Source of the DNA: Minisyncoccota bacterium
GTDB lineage: Bacteria; Patescibacteriota; Minisyncoccia; Phycocordibacterales; BOKC01
NCBI GenBank assembly: GCA_030583745.1
Contig: CP129473.1
Coordinates: 616,211 to 680,210 of the forward strand
Length of the DNA: 64,000 bases
Direction: 5' to 3'
The notes under the pieces are model-generated. The model saw only the letters and a program-made list of their open reading frames with translations. It made no database searches and was not told where the DNA came from. The translations under genes and the position numbers were made by a program. Shown piece after piece: positions 18,048 through 27,423 of the stretch (the stretch's first letter is position 1; each line of letters starts with the position of its first letter).

Positions 18048-18489
18048 ATGGAGATGGCGAGAATCGAACTCGCGTGCAAAAGGTGATTAAATGTACTTCT
18101 ACAAGGCATAGTTCGTTTTTTCCGCTTACAGCGGATTTAAATGAACAAGCTTTAAAACAAACAAAACACTTATTCACCGAGCCCCATAAGTTTCGAAAAT
18201 TGAATGAGACAATTCAATCTCTATCCCGACCCGCGCTACGCCGAAAGCTTCGGCGAGGCGAGAAATATTACACCTCTAACTCTTTATCGGAAGTCGAAAG
18301 AAGAGATGTCGCTCGAGCTTTATTAAGCGTGAGCGAAAGCAAATTGGTTGGCCCCGAAATACGGAGATACAACTGATTTTGCTTTTGCAACTAAGTTGTT
18401 TGCACTTAGAAGTTTCCAAGCTTTTTGAGAGTTCTTGGAGCTCTACCTTGCGCGCAGACAATCAGTCTTTTGTCTAGACCGATCATCCC
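18048..18489 (-). ncRNA. ssrA: tmRNA (SsrA)
   Basis: The 5' GGGGAUG pairs with 3' CAUCUCC-A, including a G3:U70 alanine identity pair. The 3' end has T-arm GAGUUCGAUUCUC. An internal in-frame tag ...GCC AAC CAA UUU GCU UUC GCU CAC GCU UAA UAA (ANQFAFAHA**) is present, and the gene is adjacent to smpB. Confidence 0.85.
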
Positions 18490-18594
18490 CAAATATGAGG
18501 CTCTAGGGCATTAGACCCTAGGCTCTAGGAAAATTCTGTTTTCTCCTAAGGCCTAGCGCCTAATCCGCCAGCTGGCGGACCTAATGCCTATCTG

Positions 18595-19038
18595 TCAAAG
18601 ATCTTTCAATTCGCGTTGGGTGTCGCGCAGAGTATCGCGCTTTTTTATATCCTCACGCTTGTCGTATTTCTTCTTTCCTTTTGCGACAGCCAACTCAAGC
18701 TTGATTTTGTTGCCTTTAGTATATACTGAAATTGGCACTATTGTCAACCCTTTTTGCTTTTCAAGGCCGGCAAACCTAGCAATCTCTTTTTTGGTTAAGA
18801 GTAGCTTTCTCTCTCGTCTCGATTCATATTCTTTTGGCGTATTACCAGCTTGGTATGGAGGGATTTCCAAATTTAAAACAAAAGCTTCTCCATCTTTTGT
18901 AGTAGCATATCCGCCTTCAAGCGAACCCCTCTTACTTTTCAGAGATTTAACCTCAAACCCGAAAAGTTTAATTCCGGCTTCAAATTTTTCTATGAATTCG
19001 TAATTGAGACCGGCTTTTTTGTTTTTTAATAAAATCAT
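18595..19038 (-). CDS. smpB: SsrA-binding protein SmpB
   Basis: GIKLFGFEVKSLKSKRGSLEGGYATTKDGEAFVLNLEIPPY and a basic C-terminal tail. Start placed at MILLKNKK. Confidence 0.92.
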   Translation of the reverse strand: MILLKNKKAGLNYEFIEKFEAGIKLFGFEVKSLKSKRGSLEGGYATTKDGEAFVLNLEIPPYQAGNTPKEYESRRERKLLLTKKEIARFAGLEKQKGLTIVPISVYTKGNKIKLELAVAKGKKKYDKREDIKKRDTLRDTQRELKDL

Positions 19039-19139
19039 CTTTCTGAAATGTACAAAATTGTTTATCAATCTCAAATAGATTATACTGGACAGACGATTTA
19101 ATCCACAAGGTTAATTTAACCGTTATATAAAAATTCAAA

Positions 19140-21083
19140 ATGCCCCAACAAAAAAATCAAAAGAAAGGAGAACAAAAGAAAAAGGTCTTTTTAGTTAGAA
19201 AACCAGTAAAAAAGGGAAAAACGCCGGATAAAAAGCAGTTCTGGATGAATCTGTTGACGGCTTTTTTGTTTTTCTTCATCCTTATCACTTTCTATTCTTT
19301 TATTGTAGAACAGAGGCAGAAAGCAGAGATTATCGCTATTTCGCAGTTAGCTCAAGATGTTAGATCAGGAATTGTTTCAGAGATTGTAATTCGTGGCGAC
19401 AAGTTGGAAATTTTGTATCAAGACGAAGCTGTGAAGGAATCAAAAAAAGAAGTAGGGGTTTCGTTGACCGAAGTTTTGGTCTATCACGGCGCGTCACCGG
19501 AAGATCTGGCTGGTGTTTCAATTGAAGTTAAAAACCAGTCTGGTTTTGGTTTTTGGCTTTTGAATCTGGCGCCGTTTTTAATTCCCCTAATTTTTATCAT
19601 TTTTATCATCTGGTTTTTATCAAGGCAGGTTCGTGGCGCCGGAATGCAAGCTTTTTCTTTTGGCCAATCGAAAGCCCGAATGATTTTGCCTCATGATAGT
19701 AAACAGAGAGTAACCTTCAAGGATGTTGCCGGTGTCAAAGAAGCCAAGGAAGAATTGAAAGAAGTTGTTGATTTTCTCCGTAATCCTAAAAAGTTTATAG
19801 AAATTGGCGCGCGGATTCCAAAAGGGGCACTCTTGATCGGCCCTAGCGGTACCGGCAAAACTCTTCTTGCCAGAGCAGTCGCTGGTGAAGCCGGAGTCGC
19901 TTTCTTTTCAATTTCTGGTTCAGAATTTGTTGAAATGTTTGTAGGTGTGGGCGCTTCAAGAGTCAGAGACCTTTTCAAGATGGCTAAGCAGGCGGCGCCA
20001 GCTATAATTTTTATTGATGAGATTGACGCCGTTGGCCGAGTTCGCGGGACTGGTGTGGGCGGAGGTAACGACGAGCGTGAGCAGACACTGAACCAAATCT
20101 TGGTAGAAATGGACGGTTTTGAGCCAAATGAAAAAATAATAATTTTGGCGGCAACAAATCGCCCGGATGTTTTGGATCCAGCTCTTGTCCGACCCGGACG
20201 TTTTGATAGACGTGTTGTGATAGACATGCCGGACAGAGACGACAGGGAAGAAATTCTGAAAATTCATGCCGGTGGTAAAAAACTCGCTGAAGATGTAAAT
20301 TTGCGGGTTATTGCCGAACGAACTCCGGGTTTTTCCGGCGCTGATTTATATTCATTAATGAATGAGGCGGCGATTTTGGCGGCTCGAGAAGAGCGTCAGA
20401 AAATTTCCCAATACGATCTTGTCCGTTCAATTGAAAAAGTTATGCTTGGCCCTGAACGTCGAAGTCATATTCTTTCCAAAAAAGAAAAGGAAATAACCGC
20501 TTATCACGAAGCCGGCCATGCTCTTGTGGCTAGCGTCTTGCCTTATGCTGATCCGGTCCATAAAATTTCAATTATTTCTCGCGGGCGAGCGGCTGGCTAT
20601 ACTCTGAAATTGCCGTTTGAAGACAAACGGCTCCAATCGCGTAAAGAATTTTTAGACGATATTGCTGTTTCGCTTGGTGGCTATGCGGCCGAGACGATGA
20701 TGTTTGATGATCTAACCACTGGTTCCTCAAATGATTTACAGGTTTCAACTGCTCTGGCGCGTGATATGGTGACTAAATACGGCATGTCAGAAAAGCTCGG
20801 CGCCATGGCTTTTGAGGGTCAAGCAGGCAGAACAATGTTTGGCCATGGGCTGGACGAAAAAGAGTATTCGGAAGAAGTTAGCGCTTTGATTGACGAGGAA
20901 GTCAGCAAGATTATGAAAGAGGGTTTAGTAAAAGCCCAACAGATTTTGACTGAAAAGAAAAATGTTTTAGACGCTATTGCTTTGCGTTTGATTGAGGTTG
21001 AGACGATTGAACGTGAAGAATTTGACCAAATTCTAGTTGCCAACGGCATTCAGCTAAAGAAAAAAGAACAAGAAAATTCCTAA
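19140..21083 (+). CDS. ftsH: ATP-dependent zinc metalloprotease FtsH
   Basis: N-terminal TM, AAA+ module ([18 protein letters not shown]), SRH motif, and HEAGHA zinc site. Confidence 0.95.
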   Translation: MPQQKNQKKGEQKKKVFLVRKPVKKGKTPDKKQFWMNLLTAFLFFFILITFYSFIVEQRQKAEIIAISQLAQDVRSGIVSEIVIRGDKLEILYQDEAVKESKKEVGVSLTEVLVYHGASPEDLAGVSIEVKNQSGFGFWLLNLAPFLIPLIFIIFIIWFLSRQVRGAGMQAFSFGQSKARMILPHDSKQRVTFKDVAGVKEAKEELKEVVDFLRNPKKFIEIGARIPKGALLIGPSGTGKTLLARAVAGEAGVAFFSISGSEFVEMFVGVGASRVRDLFKMAKQAAPAIIFIDEIDAVGRVRGTGVGGGNDEREQTLNQILVEMDGFEPNEKIIILAATNRPDVLDPALVRPGRFDRRVVIDMPDRDDREEILKIHAGGKKLAEDVNLRVIAERTPGFSGADLYSLMNEAAILAAREERQKISQYDLVRSIEKVMLGPERRSHILSKKEKEITAYHEAGHALVASVLPYADPVHKISIISRGRAAGYTLKLPFEDKRLQSRKEFLDDIAVSLGGYAAETMMFDDLTTGSSNDLQVSTALARDMVTKYGMSEKLGAMAFEGQAGRTMFGHGLDEKEYSEEVSALIDEEVSKIMKEGLVKAQQILTEKKNVLDAIALRLIEVETIEREEFDQILVANGIQLKKKEQENS

Positions 21084-21141
21084 ATCTGCCCCAGCTTTCT
21101 TGTGGATAAACTATCGGTCTTTTGTGGTATAATCTTTAGAT

Positions 21142-21303
21142 ATGATTACGGACAATGTTAATGAAGTAAGCTCGGCTAAGAGAAAATTTCTGGAAAAGGT
21201 TGGGCGTTTGACAGCCGATTATCGACGCGAGGTCCAATCTGTCGCGGCTGTTCTGGAAAAAGAGCACCTGTCTCGTTTAAGTGAAGAATTAAAAAATTCT
21301 TAA
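21142..21303 (+). CDS. Hypothetical small protein (53 aa) whose stop overlaps the start of the next gene (TAATG)
   Basis: Preceded by an extended -10 'TGGTATAAT' at about 21126-21134. Confidence 0.35.
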   Translation: MITDNVNEVSSAKRKFLEKVGRLTADYRREVQSVAAVLEKEHLSRLSEELKNS

Positions 21304-22976
21304 TGTCTTCTGAATCAATAAAACCTAGTGCCGGAGAGGAGAAATTGGGACAGCCAATTTCGGAAGAGGGATTGGAAACTCCGGAAACTTTGAAAACTCC
21401 GGAAAAGCCAAGCGATGTCATCGCGACTATTGAAGGTGTTAATGGTGAGGTTGTGGCAGTTATGAATAGCGCTTACAAGAGGGTTGAAGGTTTGGGCGGC
21501 GATCCGAATCTTTTGCGAGATGCTGACCAAAAATTATCAGCCGGAATGGAAGCCGCCAAGAATGATTTTTTAAGAGAATTTGTTGACGCCGCGCCTGATG
21601 TCTTGCGAGCAAGGGTAAACGAAGTGGCTTCACTTTTAGCGACGATTAACGAACCTTCCGCTAAAGACTTAGAGCGAGAATTTGCATTGGATCCAGAAAC
21701 TGCCAAAGTCTATTTTACTTTAGCTAGTGCATTCAATAGTGTTTCGGAAAAGACTAGAGCAGAAAATATTGAAAATTCTAAAGAAGAAATCACACCCGGT
21801 TCATTAGTTACACGCCAGGGTTGGTCTGAACCCGGAAAAGTTTGGAAAATAGAAAACGGTCAGGCCTTTATTGAGGGTGTGGCTAATAGTGTTCCCCTAG
21901 ACGATCTTTCTTTATTTGAAGAAAAGATAGCAGAGCCAGAGACGCAACCTGTGAATGATTCAACACCTCTAGAAACGGTAGAAGTTAAAAATCCAACTGA
22001 ACAAGAATTTCAAAATAGAGAGGTTACGATTGAATCAGAGACACCGCCTGTAGTAGAGACAAAAAACGCGGAGATTCCAAAATCTGTGTTGAAGCAATTG
22101 AGTCCGGACAATCGGAATCTGATTCAAAAATTACCCGAGAAGACCTGGAATTTTTTGAGAGATAAAATTTTAACTCCGCCGATTTTTGCCACCAAACTTA
22201 TTGCCAGCCGAATTTCGCATAAAGCTCTGAGAGATGCCGGTGAAGTTCATCTCCGCTACGGATTTATCGGTTCCAGAGTCGGCACTCTTTTCAACAGTGT
22301 TTTGATTGATAGAGAAAAAACCGGATGGATTAGGTACGGCACAACCTTGGAGGGGATCCAGCAAAAATTTGATAAAACTGACGAGATTGCCAAAGAATAT
22401 GAAAGCCAGATCGCCGAGCTTGATAGACAGGAAAGAGAATTGTCGGCACAAGGGACACTTTCGTCTTCAGAAAGGTTAAAGATTGAGCATGTCAGAGAAC
22501 GTATAAACAGGAAATTGGAGCAAGTCAGAAACAAAAGAAATGCCTTGAGTCATCGGTCAGAAGAAGTCGGTGCCAGAATTAGTCGTTATGAAAATCGCCG
22601 TCAAGTTATTTCTGAAAACTTGATAAAGCGGGTTGAGTCGCGCCTTAAACCGCTCGAGTCCAGGATGGAGAAGATAAAATCCGCCAAGCAAAAATTGGAA
22701 GCCGAAACTCAAGAATTGAAGCGGGCGGTTGAAGAGAGACAAGCTCGGCTAGAAGATTTGAAGGCAAGGATGTCGGCAAATCCAAATCTAAAATCGGTCT
22801 TAAAACCCCGAAGCAAAGAAATTTCAGCGATTATGAAAAAAGCCGAAAAATTGATTGAATATAGGCAGACCAAAATAAGAGATTTTGACCGACAGATTTC
22901 GTTCTTGGTAGAAAGACTTAATCCCTATGACGAGATGAGGTCAAAGTTTCAAGGATTTATGAAATCACCAGTCTAA
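21303..22976 (+). CDS. Hypothetical protein (557 aa) with an acidic N-terminal region and a long C-terminal coiled-coil
   Basis: No recognisable catalytic motifs; the C-terminal 200 aa show a heptad-rich R/E/K pattern. Confidence 0.6.
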   Translation: MSSESIKPSAGEEKLGQPISEEGLETPETLKTPEKPSDVIATIEGVNGEVVAVMNSAYKRVEGLGGDPNLLRDADQKLSAGMEAAKNDFLREFVDAAPDVLRARVNEVASLLATINEPSAKDLEREFALDPETAKVYFTLASAFNSVSEKTRAENIENSKEEITPGSLVTRQGWSEPGKVWKIENGQAFIEGVANSVPLDDLSLFEEKIAEPETQPVNDSTPLETVEVKNPTEQEFQNREVTIESETPPVVETKNAEIPKSVLKQLSPDNRNLIQKLPEKTWNFLRDKILTPPIFATKLIASRISHKALRDAGEVHLRYGFIGSRVGTLFNSVLIDREKTGWIRYGTTLEGIQQKFDKTDEIAKEYESQIAELDRQERELSAQGTLSSSERLKIEHVRERINRKLEQVRNKRNALSHRSEEVGARISRYENRRQVISENLIKRVESRLKPLESRMEKIKSAKQKLEAETQELKRAVEERQARLEDLKARMSANPNLKSVLKPRSKEISAIMKKAEKLIEYRQTKIRDFDRQISFLVERLNPYDEMRSKFQGFMKSPV

Positions 22977-22977
22977 A

Positions 22978-23226
22978 ATGACAAATGTAAAAATGACAAA
23001 AGAAGAGAAAGAGCTTTTGAGAGATTTTGAAAAAGAACTCGCCGAGTTTGGGGTTTTTGTTCGAGACTTTGAAAAAAAGACTGAAAAACAGTTTGTTGAA
23101 ATTGAAAAAGATTTTGAGAAGCAAAAATTAGATTTTGAGAAATTAGAGGCAGAGATAATTGCTTTTGAAGAGAGACATGCAGAAGAGATTGATTCTTTGG
23201 CGATCAAATCTTTAATTAAAGAATAA
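22978..23226 (+). CDS. Hypothetical 82-aa coiled-coil protein with four DFEK repeats
   Basis: RDFEKELAEF / RDFEKKTEKQ / KDFEKQKLDFEKLEAE; translationally coupled to the upstream gene. Confidence 0.5.
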   Translation: MTNVKMTKEEKELLRDFEKELAEFGVFVRDFEKKTEKQFVEIEKDFEKQKLDFEKLEAEIIAFEERHAEEIDSLAIKSLIKE

Positions 23227-23229
23227 AAA

Positions 23230-23262
23230 AAAGAGCCCCGACGCGGTGTCGGGGTCTTAGGT
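23230..23262. terminator. Bidirectional rho-independent terminator
   Basis: 'aaaaaaaagagccccgaca ccgcg tcggggtctt'. Confidence 0.7.
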
Positions 23263-23267
23263 GCTGT

Positions 23268-23489
23268 TCAGGCGGCCGTGGCAAGAGAGAGGTGTCTCGT
23301 CTTGGTGCCTTCTGCGGTAATTGTGATTACCGCTCCGTCGTTCATGGCTTGGAGGAAGTCGGTTACCAAAATTGACACCGCACGTCGCCGATCTCCGTCA
23401 TTCAAAAAAGGGTATTGCCTTTTTGTGGCAATAACCAATTTTTCCAACAGAGGGCGAAGCTCTTTTCCCCAGTCAAATTCTCCCCGCAT
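23268..23489 (-). CDS. Hypothetical small protein (73 aa)
   Basis: Stand-alone minus-strand ORF between two terminators; no recognisable motif. Confidence 0.35.
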   Translation of the reverse strand: MRGEFDWGKELRPLLEKLVIATKRQYPFLNDGDRRRAVSILVTDFLQAMNDGAVITITAEGTKTRHLSLATAA

Positions 23490-23584
23490 CGCTTTTCTCC
23501 TTCTGTGTTTTGCCTGTGTTTTGCCCGGACTCTCTATCTTTCATACCAAAAAAACAAAAAATAGTCAAATATTGACATAATTAT

Positions 23585-23730
23585 TAAACAGGAAACTGGA
23601 GGCAGAGAAAATCTGGCCCCGCTCCAGATCTCGCGAGAACCATGACTGGTGAACCAGTCTTTCTTCCGGCCTGCCGGAAAGAATCAACACAGCCCGCCCA
23701 AGTTGCGAAAGCAACTCGGGCGGTTTTTTT
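23585..23730 (+). promoter_or_regulatory. Structured 5' leader with an intrinsic terminator (candidate attenuator or riboswitch-like element) upstream of the 916-aa ATPase gene
   Basis: Three perfect hairpins (ctgg..ccag; gactgg-tgaa-ccagtc; ttccgg-cctg-ccggaa), then a GNRA-looped terminator 'gcccgcccaagttgc gaaa gcaactcgggcgg' followed by TTTTTTT, about 27 nt before the ATG. Confidence 0.55.
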
Positions 23731-23757
23731 ATGATACAATTATCAAAATAAAACACC

Positions 23758-26508
23758 ATGCCTGAAAGTTTCGGAAAAAATTTTGGCAAATTTGATTCAG
23801 TTGAAGCAGAATTGGAATATTTACGGGAGAAAGTTCGGGAAAAGGAGGCGGCTTTTGAGGGCGCCAAAGAGCGGCCGGAAACGGAAAAAATAATTTCCGA
23901 AGAAATAGAAAGCTATCGCCGAGAGCCGACAGCTGGCCCGAAAGTTGAAATTCAACCCTCTGAAACAAAGGGCATTATTGAAGGCCTTAAGCCCGAGCCA
24001 CACGACAAGCAAATGAGTGAGTTGGCCGCTCTCATTCAAGAGAAGGGAATTAAAAACGCTTTTGCCATTTTGGACAAAGTCGGCGACTCGCATTTGGAAG
24101 ATGACCTTCATCGCTTTTTGGTCCAATATGTCAAAGCCGGCTATAAGCTCGGGCTTAAAGAAAAAGAGCCGCTTTACCGCGCGCTTAATATGACGCTTTT
24201 TGAAATTCTTTTGCCGGAAGAATACCGAGATAAAAATGAGCAGCAAAAGCCACTGAAAGAATTGATTTCTTCAATGGAGCAATTTTATGCAGGTATGCTC
24301 TCAATTCATGATCCGAAAAAGTGGCCAAGCCACTTTTCCATAGAGTTGGCGATGCCGGCAGTTGGCGAGGAATTCAGTTTTTATGTTTCGGTGCCAACAG
24401 AAAAAAGTGAGTTGTTTGAAAAGCAGATCTTATCAGTTTTTCCGAATGCTAAAGTTATTGAACAAAAAGACGATTACAACATTTTTAATGAAGATGGCGC
24501 GTCAGTTGGCTCAATCCTTGGTTTATCTAATAAACCGATTTTTCCAATAAAAACTTATGAAGAATTTGATTATGACCCAATCAACTCACTACTCAACGCT
24601 TTTTCAAAGGTAGACAAGGTTGGTGAGGGTGCATCGATTCAGATTATTTTTAGCCCTTCTGGTGGCGGAGAGATTTTGCGGAAATTCAAATATGCTTTGG
24701 AAGAAATAAAAAAAGGTAAATCGGTTAAAGAAGCCGCCAAGGTGCCGATGAGTTTCGGTGGCGAAGTTGTCGGAACTTTAAGAGAGGTATTTAGTTCAAA
24801 CAAGAAAAAGACAACAGACAAAGACGGTATTCCGGTTCAGAGAAATGAAGAAGTTAATCAGCAGGCATTAGAAAACATCCAGAAAAAAATTTCTTCGCCG
24901 ATTATCAAGACTAATATCCGACTAGTTGCTTCTTCTCGAACCGAAGATGAAGCTAGCTCAATTTTGTCTGATTTGGAGTCGGCTTTTAACCAATTTGAAA
25001 ATACAGATGGCAATAAATTCAAATTCTTACGACTTTCAGGTAATAAATTATTTCAAATGCAAAAAGATTTTTCATTTCGGATGTTTCGTGACGACTATGC
25101 CCTGCCATTAAATTTAAAAGAGTTGACAAGTATTATGCACTTGAACACCGAAGCGGTGAAAAGCGCGCCGCAGTTGAAACGCGCCAAATCCGGATCGGCG
25201 CCGACGCCAAGCGGCTTGCCGGCAGATGGAGTTTTGCTCGGGGTAAACCGGCATCGCAATTTGGCAACCGAGGTTAAAATTACTGACGAAGACCGGCTCC
25301 GACATTTTTACATCATCGGTCAGACCGGCACCGGTAAATCCTCGCTTTTGAAAAATTTGATTATTCAGGATATTGAAAAAGGTAATGGTGTCTGCTTTAT
25401 TGATCCGCACGGCGTTGATATTTTGGATGTTTTGGCAAATGTGCCGAAAGAGAGGTATGAAGATGTTATCTATTTTGATCCGAGCTACACTGCCCGGCCG
25501 ATGGGACTAAATATGCTGGAGTTTGACCAGAATTTTCCGGAGCAAAAAACCTTTGTGGTCAACGAGCTTTTCAGTATTTTCCAAAAGCTTTATGGTGGGG
25601 TTCCGGAATCAATGGGTCCGATGTTTGAACAATATTTCAGAAACGCGACAATGCTGGTCATTGAAGACCCGTCATCTGGCTCAACGCTTCTGGATGTTTC
25701 TCGTGTTATGGCCAATAAGTCCTACCGCGACCTCAAACTTTCCAAATGCAAAAATCCGATTGTTGTTCAGTTTTGGCGGGAAGTCGCCGAGAAAGCCGGC
25801 GGTGAAGCGGCTTTGGCAAATATCGTGCCTTATATCACCAGCAAATTTGACGTCTTTTTGGCCAACGACATTATGCGGCCGATTGTCGCTCAAGAAAAAT
25901 CAGCTTTGAATTTCCGAGAGATTATGGATAGTCGCAAAATTCTTCTGGTCAATTTGGCAAAAGGACGTTTGGGTGACATTAACAGCAATCTCTTGGGACT
26001 CATAATTGTTGGCAAAATTTTAATGGCCGCACTGTCGCGAGTGGATTCTTTTGGTAAAGAAATTCACCCTTTTTATCTTTATATCGACGAGTTTCAAAAT
26101 GTTACGACCGATTCAATCTCAACTATTTTATCCGAAGCCAGAAAATACAAATTGTCTCTGACCATCGCCCATCAATTCATCGCCCAGCTTGAAGAGGGAA
26201 TTCGTGACTCGGTTTTCGGCAATGTCGGCTCTCTTTCGTCTTTTAGAATCGGCTCGGATGATGCCGAATACTTGGAAAAACAATTCTCGCCGGTTTTCTC
26301 CGCCAAAGATTTGATGAATATAGACAATTATAATTGCTACTTGAAACTTTTGGTTCACGGCCGGCCGGTTACGCCGTTTAATATTGAAATTCCGCCGCCC
26401 AAACCCGGCCGGCCGGAAGTTGCCGACAAATTAAAAGAACTCTCTTACTTAAAATTCGGCCGCGACCGTGAGGAGATTGAGCAGGAGATAATGAGAAAAC
26501 ATCAGTAA
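23758..26508 (+). CDS. Large P-loop ATPase with a C-terminal TraD/VirD4 (T4CP)/FtsK-HerA-like motor domain and a ~470-aa N-terminal region of unknown function
   Basis: Walker A YIIGQTGTGKSS, Walker B FYLYIDEFQN, and EARKYKLSLTIAHQFIAQL, which resembles the T4CP 'RKYG..L.QS.sQL' motif. Confidence 0.7.
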   Translation: MPESFGKNFGKFDSVEAELEYLREKVREKEAAFEGAKERPETEKIISEEIESYRREPTAGPKVEIQPSETKGIIEGLKPEPHDKQMSELAALIQEKGIKNAFAILDKVGDSHLEDDLHRFLVQYVKAGYKLGLKEKEPLYRALNMTLFEILLPEEYRDKNEQQKPLKELISSMEQFYAGMLSIHDPKKWPSHFSIELAMPAVGEEFSFYVSVPTEKSELFEKQILSVFPNAKVIEQKDDYNIFNEDGASVGSILGLSNKPIFPIKTYEEFDYDPINSLLNAFSKVDKVGEGASIQIIFSPSGGGEILRKFKYALEEIKKGKSVKEAAKVPMSFGGEVVGTLREVFSSNKKKTTDKDGIPVQRNEEVNQQALENIQKKISSPIIKTNIRLVASSRTEDEASSILSDLESAFNQFENTDGNKFKFLRLSGNKLFQMQKDFSFRMFRDDYALPLNLKELTSIMHLNTEAVKSAPQLKRAKSGSAPTPSGLPADGVLLGVNRHRNLATEVKITDEDRLRHFYIIGQTGTGKSSLLKNLIIQDIEKGNGVCFIDPHGVDILDVLANVPKERYEDVIYFDPSYTARPMGLNMLEFDQNFPEQKTFVVNELFSIFQKLYGGVPESMGPMFEQYFRNATMLVIEDPSSGSTLLDVSRVMANKSYRDLKLSKCKNPIVVQFWREVAEKAGGEAALANIVPYITSKFDVFLANDIMRPIVAQEKSALNFREIMDSRKILLVNLAKGRLGDINSNLLGLIIVGKILMAALSRVDSFGKEIHPFYLYIDEFQNVTTDSISTILSEARKYKLSLTIAHQFIAQLEEGIRDSVFGNVGSLSSFRIGSDDAEYLEKQFSPVFSAKDLMNIDNYNCYLKLLVHGRPVTPFNIEIPPPKPGRPEVADKLKELSYLKFGRDREEIEQEIMRKHQ

Positions 26509-26596
26509 CTGTCCCTTCCTTTATCAGATTCTCACATACAATATAAATACGAACCTGATATAATATAGAAGTTATTTATAACTTAAAGGTTCGTGT

Positions 26597-27262
26597 ATGG
26601 CTAGAAGAAAAGATAAAGAAAAAGCTATTCAACTCCGACTTAAAGGAATGAGTTATAGCCAAATTAAGCAACAGCTCGGACTAAGTAAAAGTACATTAAG
26701 CGGTTGGCTTTCTGATTATCCTTTGTCTCCTGAAAGGATTAAAGAGCTAAGAGATATCAATCCTAGAAGAATTGAGAATTTTCGGAATACGATGAGGAAG
26801 AAAAGAGAGGAAAGATTGTCAAAAGTTTATGAAAGAGTAAAAAAAGATATTAGCAAACTTAATAAAAGAGAGATATTTTTATGTGGCCTGTTTTTGTATT
26901 GGGGTGAAGGATATAAGACGGCTGTTACAACAACGGCTGTAGCCAACACAGATCCTGCCGTACTCAAATTCTTTATTAAATGGCTCAAAACTATTCACGC
27001 TCCCTTTGATAAAATAAAGGTAAAAATTCATTTATATAAGGATATGGATAAAGATGAAATTGTAAGATATTGGAGTAAAGAACTAAAATTACCCACAAAG
27101 TGTTTTACTCAAATATATATAAAAAAATCCAAATTATCTGGTTTGAATTATAAAAATGGTTTTGGTAAGGGAACTTGCAACGTCATGATACACAACAGAG
27201 ACCTGAACGAGTATGTGATAATGGCAATGAAGTATCTTCAAGAAGAAGTTTCTAAAAACTAG
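26597..27262 (+). CDS. HTH-domain protein with a possible LAGLIDADG-like nuclease fold
   Basis: N-terminal resolvase-type HTH (GMSYSQIKQQLGLSKSTL). The downstream motif LFLYWGEGYK resembles a single LAGLIDADG motif. Confidence 0.4.
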   Translation: MARRKDKEKAIQLRLKGMSYSQIKQQLGLSKSTLSGWLSDYPLSPERIKELRDINPRRIENFRNTMRKKREERLSKVYERVKKDISKLNKREIFLCGLFLYWGEGYKTAVTTTAVANTDPAVLKFFIKWLKTIHAPFDKIKVKIHLYKDMDKDEIVRYWSKELKLPTKCFTQIYIKKSKLSGLNYKNGFGKGTCNVMIHNRDLNEYVIMAMKYLQEEVSKN

Positions 27263-27289
27263 AAATTATTGTAATATACTTTCAGATTT

Positions 27290-27363
27290 GCGCCTATAGC
27301 TCAATTGGTAGAGCGTCCGTCTTATACACGGAAGGTTTCTTGGTTCGAGTCCAAGTGGGCGCA
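27290..27363 (+). tRNA. tRNA with anticodon UAU, formally tRNA-Ile reading AUA
   Basis: Cloverleaf: acceptor gcgccta/tgggcgc; D-arm gctc-aattggta-gagc; anticodon stem tccgt/acgga with loop cTTATAc; T-arm cttgg-ttcgagt-ccaag; 6-nt variable region. Confidence 0.75.
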
Positions 27364-27423
27364 TTATCAGCTTTTATTATCCGCGTATATCAGCGGGTAT
27401 TTTACATCTGCGTTAATCCGCGT

